From contig NDHX01000003.1 in assembly GCA_013626165.1 (NCBI GenBank), positions 64,115-128,114 on the forward strand: a stretch of DNA of 64,000 nucleotides. Reading direction: 5' to 3'. Below are positions 22,731 through 32,181 of this stretch, piece by piece. The stretch's first letter is position 1, and each line of letters begins with the position of its first letter. The stretch comes from Candidatus Velesiimonas alkalicola. GTDB lineage: Bacteria; Omnitrophota; Gorgyraeia; Velesiimonadales; Velesiimonadaceae. A model generated the notes under the pieces. That model was not told where the DNA came from. It saw nothing but the letters and a program-made list of their open reading frames with translations, and did not search any database. The position numbers and the translations under genes were made by a program.

Positions 22731-22896
22731 CAAATATAAATATTCACTAAACACTGTTCATATTTCAGGCACAGAAGCACTAAGGCACACAGGCACAAAG
22801 TGGAATGTCCTTTTATCTTCTTTTCTCATGCTTCGTACCTTTGCTACTCTGTGTCTTTGTGCCTTCAGGCAACGCAGTTGACTGAGGATTTACATA
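22731..22896. mobile_element. MITE-like element, family B copy 1 (about 165 bp, terminal inverted repeats aaatattcactaaac ... gttgactgaggatttaca)
   Basis: Matches the reverse complement of 42776-42913 along its whole length. Internal 9-nt period units are ggcacagaa/ggcacacag/gcacaaagt. Confidence 0.65.
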
Positions 22897-22967
22897 CAGA
22901 TTAAATTTAAAAGTATTGCAACGATTTATTAATCTACAGAGACACGCCCTCAACCACCTTCAAAGCT

Positions 22968-23393
22968 CTATCTTCTGGGTTGAGGCATATGTGGCATACC
23001 GGGAAAAGTACCGGGTGGCATACCGGGAAAAGTACCGGGTGGCATACCGGGAAAAACATCAGGAGGCAGCCGCTGTTCTTCTGCTTTTGCTCTTGCTGCT
23101 ATCACTTCTTGTAACGGTTTTTTACTAAAACTTATAATGTCTGACTTTAGAACCTTACCCGACCTTCTACCATTTTTAAAAAGAAGTACTATATACTGGC
23201 TTGTTTCTTTAATAACCTCACCCTGCCACATTCTCAAAGGATTTTCTGCACTAACCTTACCCCAGTACCTGTTTGGTGCAGATTCTTCAATAACAACAGG
23301 CAATGGTTCTATTGCAGGAGGCGTCTCCTGTGCAAAAGATGTACAAAAACAACCAAAAAAGAATAAAACTAAAGAAATAAAGGTAGATTTCAT
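22968..23393 (-). CDS. Secreted hypothetical protein with C-terminal FPGMPPGT tandem repeats
   Basis: Signal peptide MKSTFISLVLFFFGCFCTSFA. The C-terminus is PPDVFPGMPPGTFPGMPPGTFPGMPHMPQPRR. Confidence 0.55.
   Translation of the reverse strand: MKSTFISLVLFFFGCFCTSFAQETPPAIEPLPVVIEESAPNRYWGKVSAENPLRMWQGEVIKETSQYIVLLFKNGRRSGKVLKSDIISFSKKPLQEVIAARAKAEEQRLPPDVFPGMPPGTFPGMPPGTFPGMPHMPQPRR
22995..23062. repeat. 24-bp tandem repeat (ataccgggaaaagtaccgggtggc, about 2.7 copies) encoding the FPGMPPGT units
   Basis: Direct read of the DNA. Confidence 0.8.
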
Positions 23394-23420
23394 ATTCCCC
23401 CCTTTTTTAAAATATAAACT

Positions 23421-24092
23421 TTAAGTCAGTGGAGTGGTACACGCTATCTGACCTGGTGCTACCGGTTTATCAAGATATGCATAAGTGAAGGCTGAACCCT
23501 GTTTTGCAAGTAAAGTCCTTGATTCTCTTCCCTTTTCACCCATGCCGATAACACACACAGGCATTTTATTTTTAACACTTTCTAAAAACTTGGATAAAAT
23601 CTTTATATCTGCTGGTTTATTAATCATTGTAGCAATCTTTATTATATCAGCACCCTTTTCTTGTGCCTCTGAAAATATTCTTAAAAGTGTATTAAAAGAG
23701 GGGGTTATCTTAAAATTATGGTAAGAACAGAGAAAAATAAAATTTATTTTACATAACTTATTTGTTATATTGCTTGATAGTTCAATATCAATAATATTTA
23801 TAATACCGCCTGCTGTTTCAAAAAATTTCAGCCTGTCTTTATCAGTGCCTTCCCATTCGCCACCTTCTTCTTTTAGCCTTATTGTAAGAATAACAGGTAG
23901 TTTTTCCTGGAATTTTTTGCCATACCCAACCCAGTCTATAGAAGTTCCTATTTTATCAAGTCTTATTTCTACAATATCACAGGGAAGTTTTTTCCTTTTT
24001 GAAAACTTTTCTAAACCTTCCACCGAACTTATGGTCCCAACTATTTTTGTCTTTTTTTGTTTTAATAAATTTCTTATATTATTAAAATTCAT
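23421..24092 (-). CDS. aroD: 3-dehydroquinate dehydratase, type I
   Basis: 223 aa TIM-barrel pattern. The Schiff-base Lys context DIIKIATM lies near the C-terminus. Confidence 0.65.
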   Translation of the reverse strand: MNFNNIRNLLKQKKTKIVGTISSVEGLEKFSKRKKLPCDIVEIRLDKIGTSIDWVGYGKKFQEKLPVILTIRLKEEGGEWEGTDKDRLKFFETAGGIINIIDIELSSNITNKLCKINFIFLCSYHNFKITPSFNTLLRIFSEAQEKGADIIKIATMINKPADIKILSKFLESVKNKMPVCVIGMGEKGRESRTLLAKQGSAFTYAYLDKPVAPGQIACTTPLT

Positions 24093-24111
24093 TACGAATT
24101 TTTAAAACCAG

Positions 24112-24183
24112 AGGCGGCAACCGGATTCGAACCGGTGAATAGCGGTTTTGCAGACCGATGCCTTGCCACTTGGCTATGCCGCC
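24112..24183 (-). tRNA. tRNA-Cys (GCA)
   Basis: Manual fold: acceptor GGCGGCA/UGCCGCC, T-arm CCGG-UUCGAAU-CCGG, anticodon loop CUGCAAA, discriminator U. CCA is not encoded. Confidence 0.8.
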
Positions 24184-24238
24184 AGAATAAACACAACAGA
24201 CTCCGCTATCAAGCGAGATTAAGCACGCTATTTTCTAC

Positions 24239-24580
24239 CTACTTTAATGTTTCTTCTGTTGTTTCTGTTTTTTCTTCTGTTTTTCCTTCTGTTTTTTTTA
24301 TAAAAGGTTTGGGCAATTCTTTTTCCTGCTTCTTTTTAACAGCAGGAGGCTCCTGCAATTGAATAACAACATCTTTCACGCCCTGCCATTTTTTAATCTC
24401 ATGGAGGATTATTGAAATATCTCTGTTCAAAACTGGTTGTGCTGATCTGTCGTAAACCATATAGCCATTGATATAAACAACCTGTCTGATAACATCAACA
24501 TCTACATAGCGCATATCTATCTCAAACCTTGTAAGTATCCCACGAACCTTTACTTCTATTTTAAAATCAATTATTGACAT
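24239..24580 (-). CDS. Hypothetical protein with a K/E-rich C-terminal tail
   Basis: 113-aa ORF with no recognisable family. Confidence 0.4.
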   Translation of the reverse strand: MSIIDFKIEVKVRGILTRFEIDMRYVDVDVIRQVVYINGYMVYDRSAQPVLNRDISIILHEIKKWQGVKDVVIQLQEPPAVKKKQEKELPKPFIKKTEGKTEEKTETTEETLK

Positions 24581-24752
24581 CTAAGATTCCCGCCACACAC
24601 TCATCTTTTGTTCGCCTCTACAAGGCTCAGACCTCCCCCACCTGGAGAAAACGAGGGCGAGGTTTTTAACACTATGGGCGGGCACAAGGACAAACATTGG
24701 CGCCTGGCCACTACAAGTTGTCTAAGGAACAATCTTTACCAAGGACAAGTTC
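24581..24752. other. G+C-rich 172-bp intergenic island (candidate structured RNA or leader)
   Basis: Composition stands out against AT-rich flanks. cccgcc...ggcggg and ggcgcc palindromic segments are present. Confidence 0.2.
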
Positions 24753-25202
24753 TTATGTTCCCGTATGTCCAAAACCACCTTCATTTCTTTGCGTAATATC
24801 AAGCATGTCTGTTTCCTGAATTTGTGCCTGGATAACTTCCTGTATTATCATCTGGGCAATCCTCTGCCCTCTTTTTACTATGTAGGGCTCTTTTCCATGA
24901 TTGACAAGTATTACATTTACAAGTCCCCTGTAATCGCTGTCTATTGTGCCCGGTGCATTTGCTACTGTAACCCCATGTTTTATAACAAGCCCGCTTCTGG
25001 GTCTTACCTGTGCTTCATATCCATATGGAATACTTACATAAAATCCCACCGAAATAAGTTTTATCTCACCCGGTTTTATACAAATTTTCTGTTCTACATC
25101 CGCACAGAGATCAAATCCACTTGCGCCTTCTGACATATATTTAGGAACAGGGATATCTTCACACCCCCGTTTTCTTTTTATTCTTAAAATAACTTCCCTC
25201 AT
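24753..25202 (-). CDS. dut: dUTP diphosphatase
   Basis: Motifs GASGFDL, RPRSGL, GTIDSDYRG and RIAQ. Confidence 0.9.
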   Translation of the reverse strand: MREVILRIKRKRGCEDIPVPKYMSEGASGFDLCADVEQKICIKPGEIKLISVGFYVSIPYGYEAQVRPRSGLVIKHGVTVANAPGTIDSDYRGLVNVILVNHGKEPYIVKRGQRIAQMIIQEVIQAQIQETDMLDITQRNEGGFGHTGT

Positions 25203-27295
25203 TTTTTTCTTTCTTCAATTAGCACCGCTTTCTTACTTAAATTCAGACGCCCCTGTTTATCTATCTCAATTAACTTTACGGTTATTTCATCCCCTACCTT
25301 GACGATGTCTTCCGCATTCTTAACATAACTATCAGAAAGTTCCGATACATGAACAAGTCCCTCAATATTGGGAAGTATCTCACAAAAAGCACCAAAATTT
25401 GTAACCCTTTTTACCTTCCCCGTATAAACTCTTCCAACCTGCGGCTCTTCTATGATGGATTTTATCCGATTTATTGCTTTTTCAGAGGCCGCTGCATCTG
25501 AAGATGCTACATTAACAGTTCCATCATCCTGTATATCAATTGAAACACCTGTGTCTGCAATAATCTTCCTGATTGTTTTACCCGAAGGGCCGATTACTGT
25601 ACCTATCTTTTCAAGTTTTATCTTAAATGTGGTTATATGTGGAGCATATACTGATATTTGTTCTTTGGGCTTAAGTATTGTCTTATTCATTACATCAAGC
25701 ACTATCTTTCTTGCCTGCTTTGCCTGAATAATTACATTATGTAATATTTCTTTATCTATAGCATCAATTTTTAGGTCCATCTGTAAAGCAGTTGCGCCAT
25801 TTTTTGTACCCGTTAACTTAAAATCCATATCACCAAAATGGTCTTCAAGTCCTGATATATCTGTAAGAACAATGGCATCGTTTTTCTGTTTTATCAATCC
25901 CATAGCAACACCCGCCACAGGTTCAGCTATAGGAACCCCTGCATCCATAAGTGAAAGTGTCCCTGCACATACTGTTGCCATGCTTGAAGAACCGTTAGAC
26001 TCAAGAATTTCCGATACCACACGAACTGTATAGGGAAATTTTTCTTTCCCCGGCATGACAGGTCTTAGCGCCTTTTCTGCAAGTGCCCCATGACCTATCT
26101 CTCTTCTGCCCGGACCTCTTATAGGACGCACCTCGCCCACACTGAACGGAGGAAAGTTATAATGCAGGATAAATCTTTCTGATGTCTCACCTTCCAATCT
26201 TTCTATGAGCTGTTCATCTTCACCTGTTCCAAGTGTTGTTACAGAAAGACTCTGTGTCTGACCCCTTGTAAAAAGCGCAGAGCCATGTGTTCGGGGAAGT
26301 ATTCCAATTTCACAACTTATTTGTCTTATATCAGTATAAGAGCGTCCATCTACACGCTTTTTATTCTTAATTATAAACTGTCGGACACTTTCTTTTTCAA
26401 TCTCAATAAGTGCAAGATGTACATCTGTTTTTGAATATGTTGCGCCCTCACCTGTAAGTTTTGCAATAACATTTTTGCAGATTGCATCTACTGTCTGTTC
26501 TCTTTCTTCCTTGGTCGGGATATTATTTACCGCTGATAATTTTTCCTGTGCAATCTGTTTTACCCTTGTTAAAAGTTCATCTGAGGTCTTTTTCGTAGGA
26601 ACATCTGACTTAGAAACACCAACTCTTTTTACAAACTCTTCCTGCACTTTTATGATTTTTAAAACCTCAGACTGTCCAAATAAGATAGCCTGTTCAAGTA
26701 TATCTTCAGAAACCTGATTACCGCCTGCTTCCAACATTATAATCCCGCTCTTGGTTCCTGCAACAACAACATCTATATCGCTTTTTTCAAGTTCCCGATA
26801 TACAGGATTTATAATAAATTCATCATCAATCCTTCCAACTCTTACGGCACCGACAGGACCATTAAAGGGAATAGATGAAATGGATAATGCCGTTGAAGCG
26901 CCGATGATGGAAAGAACATCCGGATCATTTTCACCATCGCTTGATAAAACAATGCTTACAACCTGAACCTCGTTTAATACACCTTTTGGAAAAAGCGGTC
27001 TGATAGCCCTGTCTGTAAGGCGTCCGCCCAAGATTTCCGAAGAGGTGGGTCTGCTTTCTCTTTTAAAAAACCCACCCGGTATTCTTCCGGCGGCATATGT
27101 CTTTTCCTGAAACTCAACAGTCAAAGGGAAATGGTCTATATCTTCATTAGGTTCTTTTGACATAACAACAGTTACAAGGACAACTGTCTCTCCGCACTGA
27201 ACACTTACAGCAGCATGAGCCTGTTTTGCAAAACGACCTGTTTCTATGGTTATCTGCTTTTTACCAACAGCAATATATGTTTTTTCTGTTGCCAA
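25199..27295 (-). CDS. pnp: Polyribonucleotide nucleotidyltransferase (PNPase)
   Basis: 698 aa with two RNase PH domains, KH (GPSGKTIRKI) and S1 (GKVKRVTNFGAFCEI). Confidence 0.95.
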   Translation of the reverse strand: MATEKTYIAVGKKQITIETGRFAKQAHAAVSVQCGETVVLVTVVMSKEPNEDIDHFPLTVEFQEKTYAAGRIPGGFFKRESRPTSSEILGGRLTDRAIRPLFPKGVLNEVQVVSIVLSSDGENDPDVLSIIGASTALSISSIPFNGPVGAVRVGRIDDEFIINPVYRELEKSDIDVVVAGTKSGIIMLEAGGNQVSEDILEQAILFGQSEVLKIIKVQEEFVKRVGVSKSDVPTKKTSDELLTRVKQIAQEKLSAVNNIPTKEEREQTVDAICKNVIAKLTGEGATYSKTDVHLALIEIEKESVRQFIIKNKKRVDGRSYTDIRQISCEIGILPRTHGSALFTRGQTQSLSVTTLGTGEDEQLIERLEGETSERFILHYNFPPFSVGEVRPIRGPGRREIGHGALAEKALRPVMPGKEKFPYTVRVVSEILESNGSSSMATVCAGTLSLMDAGVPIAEPVAGVAMGLIKQKNDAIVLTDISGLEDHFGDMDFKLTGTKNGATALQMDLKIDAIDKEILHNVIIQAKQARKIVLDVMNKTILKPKEQISVYAPHITTFKIKLEKIGTVIGPSGKTIRKIIADTGVSIDIQDDGTVNVASSDAAASEKAINRIKSIIEEPQVGRVYTGKVKRVTNFGAFCEILPNIEGLVHVSELSDSYVKNAEDIVKVGDEITVKLIEIDKQGRLNLSKKAVLIEERKK

Positions 27296-27305
27296 TATAA
27301 TCCTC

Positions 27306-27599
27306 CTATTTGCGTAAATTCAATTTCTCAAGCACTTCTTTGTATTTCGGTGCATCATTTTTACTTAAATAGTCAAGCAGCTTTCTTCTGCTGCTTATAA
27401 GTTGTAAAAGTCCCCTTCTTGAACTGTGGTCCTTTTTATGTGTTTTAAAATGCTCCATAAGTTTTTCTATTCTTTGCGAAAGAATTGCTATCTGGACATA
27501 AGCAGAACCTGTATCTTTTGGATGTAGATGAAACTCATTTATCACACTTTCTTTTGTATCTTTTAGTAAATCTACTGCAACCATTTTTTTTATTCTCAC
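27306..27599 (-). CDS. rpsO: 30S ribosomal protein S15
   Basis: DTGS...VQIA.L..RI..L..H...HKKDHSSRRGLL...RRKLLDYL. Confidence 0.9.
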   Translation of the reverse strand: MRIKKMVAVDLLKDTKESVINEFHLHPKDTGSAYVQIAILSQRIEKLMEHFKTHKKDHSSRRGLLQLISSRRKLLDYLSKNDAPKYKEVLEKLNLRK

Positions 27600-27632
27600 C
27601 CCCTTTCTGCCTCATTTATTACACACACCAGT

Positions 27633-27661
27633 ATCTTACCACACTATATTATGCTTGTAAA
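27633..27661 (-). promoter_or_regulatory. Putative sigma-70 promoter for rpsO (TTTACA, 17-nt spacer, TAAGAT)
   Basis: Read on the minus strand: tttaca agcataatatagtgtgg taagat, about 30 nt upstream of the rpsO ATG. Confidence 0.4.
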
Positions 27662-27771
27662 TCTTTTTAAACTTTGTTGTTTTTTCCCCCTGCCCCGCTT
27701 ACGCTTCACAGGGGTTTCACCCCTTTGAATTACCCCTTGAACAATTTGGAAGGTTCAAACCCCTTATTCTA

Positions 27772-27847
27772 TGGAGCGGCGGACGGGGTTTGAACCCGCG
27801 ACATCAAGCTTGGGAAGCTCGCATTCTGCCAACTGAATTACCGCCGC
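27772..27847 (-). tRNA. tRNA-Gly (CCC), CCA encoded
   Basis: Manual fold: acceptor GCGGCGG/CCGCCGC, anticodon loop UUCCCAA, T-arm GCGGG-UUCAAAC-CCCGU, discriminator U followed by CCA. Confidence 0.85.
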
Positions 27848-29011
27848 TTAAAAATCAAGTATCTTCGTTATATCCACATCTTCTTTGTTATCATATATAT
27901 CTTCAAACTTTTTTTTAAAATCCAAAAATCTTTGTTCTTTTATTCTGTTCCTTGCTGTTCTTAATAGTGCAGAATAAAACCAGAGGTTGTGTATTGTAAG
28001 AAGTCGGGGACCTAACGCTTCACTTGCATTAAAAAGGTGTCTGATATAAGAACGGCTAAAATTTTTACAACACGGACAGGGGCACCCTTGCTGGACAGGT
28101 TCATCGTCAGAAGAATATATTGCATTTTTTACAAACAATCTGCCCTGCGTTACAAACGCAGCACCGTTTCTTCCGCATCTTGTAGGCATTATACAATCAA
28201 AAAGGTCAATCCCTTTTGATATGGAATCTAAAATATCAAGAGGGGCTCCAACCCCCATAAGACACCTTGGTTTGTTGAGAGGAAGTTTTTCTACTGTTAA
28301 AGAAACAATTTCTCTTATAAGGCTTGTGGGTTCTCCTACACTTATTCCGCCAATTGCATAACCTGAAAATGGTATTTGAGTAAGTTCGTTACAACATTCT
28401 ATTCTTAAATTTTGATAGGTACTGCCCTGTATTATGCAGAAAAGAAGAGATTTTTTATCACTATTTTTGACATTCTGATTAAAACTGTTAAAGCTTAATT
28501 TTGCCCATTTCACAGTTCTTTTAACAGCTCTTTTTGCGTGTTCTTCTGAACTTGGAAAAGCAACACACTCATCAAGGGGCATTATAACATCCGTATTAAG
28601 GTCTGTTTGAATGCCAAGAACTTTTTCAGCAGTCAGATAATGCTTTGAACCATCTATATGAGACTGAAATTCAACGCCATCATCAAACACTTTTCTTAAT
28701 GTTGCAAGACTGAAAACCTGAAATCCTCCCGAATCTGTAAGTATAGAACCATCCCAGTTCATAAAATTGTGAAGCCCCCCTGATTTTTTTATAATATCTA
28801 CCCCGGGTCTTAAATAAAGATGGTATGCATTACACAGAAGCATCTTAAATCCGGACTGTTGGACCTCATCAGGGGTAAGTGTCTTAACCGCAGCCTGTGT
28901 GCCTACGGGCATAAACGCAGGGGTCTGGACAGGTCCTGACTTTGTATATAAAATCCCGAGCCTTGCGCTGTTATCTTTTCCATCAATTTTAAAAGAACTA
29001 TCCAACACCAA
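27848..29011 (-). CDS. tgt: Queuine tRNA-ribosyltransferase (tRNA-guanine transglycosylase)
   Basis: PAFMPVGT, LLCNAYH and the zinc site CPCPCC...H. Confidence 0.9.
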   Translation of the reverse strand: MVLDSSFKIDGKDNSARLGILYTKSGPVQTPAFMPVGTQAAVKTLTPDEVQQSGFKMLLCNAYHLYLRPGVDIIKKSGGLHNFMNWDGSILTDSGGFQVFSLATLRKVFDDGVEFQSHIDGSKHYLTAEKVLGIQTDLNTDVIMPLDECVAFPSSEEHAKRAVKRTVKWAKLSFNSFNQNVKNSDKKSLLFCIIQGSTYQNLRIECCNELTQIPFSGYAIGGISVGEPTSLIREIVSLTVEKLPLNKPRCLMGVGAPLDILDSISKGIDLFDCIMPTRCGRNGAAFVTQGRLFVKNAIYSSDDEPVQQGCPCPCCKNFSRSYIRHLFNASEALGPRLLTIHNLWFYSALLRTARNRIKEQRFLDFKKKFEDIYDNKEDVDITKILDF

Positions 29012-29894
29012 TAATCTCCATACTTAAATCTGCAGATGCAGAAGAATGTGTAAGTGCTCCTATTGATATACGGTCTATTCCGCAGGATGCATACTTTCTT
29101 ACATTTTTTAAATTCACTCCTCCCGAATATTCAATGATAGGCTTTTTTATTTTAAGTTTTGAACAGATACATTCTGTCCAATCCACCATAGACTTTACAA
29201 GATAAGGCCTCATATTATCAAGAAGTATGAGCCCTGCACCTTCTTTTATTGCAACCTCCAATTCTTCCTTATTTTTAACCTCTACCTGAACAGGAAGCCC
29301 TGTATTTTTTGTATAATTTAACGCAATTTTTATAGCCTGTTTGTCGTTTTTTAAATCTTTATATAATTTTAAGAATGCCAGATGATTATCCTTGATAAGA
29401 ACCATATCATAGAGTCCTAACCTGTGATTGACACCTCCGCCTGCTTTTACAGCCATTTTTTCTTCAAAACGAAGCCCTGGATGCGTCTTTCTTGTATCAA
29501 CAATTAAAACAGAGGATGTCTTTCGGCTGCTCTTTACAGCATCAACATATTTTTTTGTCATTGTTGCTATCCCGCACAGACGCCCTAATATATTAAGAAC
29601 CGTTCTTTCACAAGAAACAATTGTTCTTGCATCGCCGGATATGTTAGCAACAGTTGAACCGGATTTGACAAGATCTGCTTCTTTAAAAAAATTTTTAATC
29701 TTTACTCTGTTTTTAACATTTTCAAAAATAGTTTTTATACAATCAATCCCGCTTAAAACAAGAGCCTGTTTTGCAATTATATTAGCACTGACACTGATAT
29801 TTTTAGGTATCAGAGAAAAAGATGTAATATCCTCATCCACGCCATCTTCTTCTAATGCAATTTGAACAATTTTTTTAAAAGTATCTTCCCCCAT
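28998..29894 (-). CDS. nadC: Nicotinate-nucleotide pyrophosphorylase (carboxylating)
   Basis: 298-aa QPRT pattern (DTRKTHPGLR, LDNM). Confidence 0.8.
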   Translation of the reverse strand: MGEDTFKKIVQIALEEDGVDEDITSFSLIPKNISVSANIIAKQALVLSGIDCIKTIFENVKNRVKIKNFFKEADLVKSGSTVANISGDARTIVSCERTVLNILGRLCGIATMTKKYVDAVKSSRKTSSVLIVDTRKTHPGLRFEEKMAVKAGGGVNHRLGLYDMVLIKDNHLAFLKLYKDLKNDKQAIKIALNYTKNTGLPVQVEVKNKEELEVAIKEGAGLILLDNMRPYLVKSMVDWTECICSKLKIKKPIIEYSGGVNLKNVRKYASCGIDRISIGALTHSSASADLSMEIIGVG

Positions 29895-29943
29895 AAGTTT
29901 ATTTCAAGAGCCTGTGAGCACAATCGCTCACCTGAAGAAAAAA

Positions 29944-29976
29944 GTTCAAAAAATCAAACGGCCCACTATCGTGGGT
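29944..29976 (-). terminator. Rho-independent terminator downstream of htrA
   Basis: On the minus strand, stem cccac-gaua-guggg is followed by CCGUUUGAUUUUUUG. Confidence 0.6.
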
Positions 29977-30076
29977 ACCACGAAATTAAATTCCAAGCAC
30001 TTTAACGGTATACGGAATAAAATATATGGCTTTCACCAGTTACCTATGCTCTGACACTTGATATCTTGGCATCCAA

Positions 30077-31528
30077 TTATTCTGCTCTCAAAGAAACAAT
30101 AAATCTTCTCCTTCCTTCACGGATACCCAACAGAATACCCCTCTTCAAATCTGCCTTTAAAATTTCCCTGTTATAGTCACTTACAGATAATACGGGCACT
30201 CTGTTAACCTCTTCAATAACCTGTCCAGGCTTTAGCCCCGCAAACTCAGCAGGACTTCCTTCTAACACTTCATTTATAATAACCCCCTTTGCATCTTTCG
30301 GAATATTAAACCTTTCTCTTAATTGGTCTGTAAGATTTTCTACGCCAATACCTATCTCTTCTTTTCTTTGTTCACCTTCTTCAACATCTGTCTTTTCTAA
30401 ATCCAAGGGCATCTGTGCAGTAGTTATCCACACATCTAATGGTTTCCCATTTCTTAACAAAGATATTCTTATTCTTTGTCCGACTTCTTTTAACATTATC
30501 TTTCTTACAACATCGTCTGCAGTTTCAATTTTTTCTCCATTAATTGTTCTTATCACATCATATCTTTCAATACCGGCATTCTGTGCGGGACTATCAGGAT
30601 GCACCTCTGAAACTATTGCTCCTTTAAGTTCTTCCATACCTAAGGATTTTGCCATATCTTTTGTCACAGGTTGTATGCTTACACCAATCCACGCCCTTGT
30701 AACCTTACCCTCTTTTATTAAGTCATTCATTACTTTCTTTGCAAGGTTGCTCGGTATTGCAAAACCAATTCCTGTTCCAATTCCATATATCATCGTGTTT
30801 ATCCCTATCACCTCTGCATCAATATTTATAAGAGGACCACCACTGTTTCCAGGATTTATAGAAGCATCTGTCTGTATGAAGTCTTCAAATCTGCCTGTGC
30901 CCAGCCCTGCCCTGCTTTTTGCGCTTATAACGCCAACTGTTACAGTATGTTCAAAACCGAATGGCTGACCTATTGCCATAACCCATTCACCAATCTGAAT
31001 CTTATCTGAATCTCCCATACTTGCTATGGGCAGCTCCTGTCCCTCCTTGGGCTCAATCTTTATTACAGCAAGGTCTGTTCTTGGATCCTTACCAACAACT
31101 TTTGCCGAAAATTCTGATTTATCGCCTAATCTAACAGTTATCCTATCCGCTCCTTCAACAACATGATTGTTCGTAAGAATGTAGCCTCTTTTATCAATTA
31201 TCACACCGCTTCCGGCCCCTCTTTGTCTTGGACGATGCTGCGGCCGTCTTTGCCTTGGCGTTCTTGGTTCCATCCTCTTAAAAAAATCTTCAAAAGGTGT
31301 CCCCCTAAAAAAATCATATTCATCAAAGAATCTAAAACCACGATGTGGAACATTAATTTCTCTTTCTACAGCAAGACTTACAACAGCGGGACTTACCTTT
31401 TTTGCAACTTCAACAAACGCCTGACTTAGCACCCTTGCCTGCTCTGTGGCACTTTCTTTTTCCTTCTGTGAATAGGTGGGAAAAGTTATTAGACAAACAA
31501 CTAACAATAAGAAAAATTTCTTCATCAT
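30077..31528 (-). CDS. htrA: Periplasmic serine endoprotease DegP/HtrA (two PDZ domains)
   Basis: Signal peptide. Catalytic triad contexts TNNHVV, DLAVIK and GNSGGPL. Two PDZ regions. Confidence 0.9.
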   Translation of the reverse strand: MMKKFFLLLVVCLITFPTYSQKEKESATEQARVLSQAFVEVAKKVSPAVVSLAVEREINVPHRGFRFFDEYDFFRGTPFEDFFKRMEPRTPRQRRPQHRPRQRGAGSGVIIDKRGYILTNNHVVEGADRITVRLGDKSEFSAKVVGKDPRTDLAVIKIEPKEGQELPIASMGDSDKIQIGEWVMAIGQPFGFEHTVTVGVISAKSRAGLGTGRFEDFIQTDASINPGNSGGPLINIDAEVIGINTMIYGIGTGIGFAIPSNLAKKVMNDLIKEGKVTRAWIGVSIQPVTKDMAKSLGMEELKGAIVSEVHPDSPAQNAGIERYDVIRTINGEKIETADDVVRKIMLKEVGQRIRISLLRNGKPLDVWITTAQMPLDLEKTDVEEGEQRKEEIGIGVENLTDQLRERFNIPKDAKGVIINEVLEGSPAEFAGLKPGQVIEEVNRVPVLSVSDYNREILKADLKRGILLGIREGRRRFIVSLRAE

Positions 31529-31656
31529 ATATCCTCCCTTCCTTAATGTTAATTATTATAATATATTATTTCCTATATTAAAAGTCAATTTTTTAACAAA
31601 CCACCCCATTAGAAAGGCGGGAATTTTTTAATGGGGTAACACAGCAAATTTTTTTC

Positions 31657-31685
31657 TTGACAAGTATATAAATTTTTGATAGAAT
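31657..31685 (+). promoter_or_regulatory. Consensus sigma-70 promoter (TTGACA, 17 nt, TAGAAT) driving the cspA long leader
   Basis: ttgaca agtatataaatttttga tagaat read directly. It lies about 200 nt upstream of the csp ATG. Confidence 0.6.
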
Positions 31686-31691
31686 TTACCC

Positions 31692-31895
31692 GTATCCAGA
31701 AATAGGGTATTTGATAAAATTAGGTTTTTATAGAAAATTTCCGATTTGGTAGCAATAAGTATCTTTAGGACGCCGTGTGGCTTCAAGGCTTTTGCGTTGG
31801 GAATCCTGATTTTATCCCCCCGGCTAAAATTTCAGTCGGGGGATATTTACAACCCCTGATTTTTAAGTCATAGGGGCAAGAGAAAGGAGTAGGTA
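31692..31895 (+). promoter_or_regulatory. Long structured 5' UTR of the cold-shock gene
   Basis: Hairpins ccccccggc...gtcggggg and cccctga...tcataggggc, ending in the strong RBS aggagtaggtagtg. Confidence 0.4.
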
Positions 31896-32099
31896 GTGGC
31901 AACAGGAACAGTGAAGTGGTTTGACAAACGCAAGGGTTATGGGTTTATAACCTTGGACGAAGGAACAGATGTATTCGTCCATTTTTCTGCCATCGGCGGT
32001 GGTGATGGGTTTAAAACACTCGTAGAAGGACAGAAAGTAACACTTGATGTTGTGGACGGACCAAAAGGTAAACAGGCAAATAATGTTGTAGGAGCATAG
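31896..32099 (+). CDS. cspA: Cold-shock protein (CspA family)
   Basis: [15 protein letters not shown] (RNP1) and DVFVHFSAI (RNP2). Confidence 0.95.
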   Translation: MATGTVKWFDKRKGYGFITLDEGTDVFVHFSAIGGGDGFKTLVEGQKVTLDVVDGPKGKQANNVVGA

Positions 32100-32104
32100 G
32101 GCCG

Positions 32105-32153
32105 ATAAAAAAAGCCTTCCAGACTAAAACTTTAGTCTGGAAGGCTTTTTTTA
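32105..32153. terminator. Bidirectional rho-independent terminator
   Basis: aaaaaaagccttccagactaaaactttagtctggaaggcttttttt is a perfect 16-bp stem flanked by an A-run and a T-run. It serves csp (plus) and tpiA (minus). Confidence 0.85.
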
Positions 32154-32181
32154 TTATGGAAAAGAGTATTTAGATTGCTTT

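Noticed and set aside
22916-23128. 70-aa plus-strand ORF with YREKYRVA repeats and a poly-Leu run
   Set aside because: It is the antisense reading of the 24-bp tandem repeat inside the secreted-protein gene. The signal-peptide-bearing minus-strand frame is the real gene.
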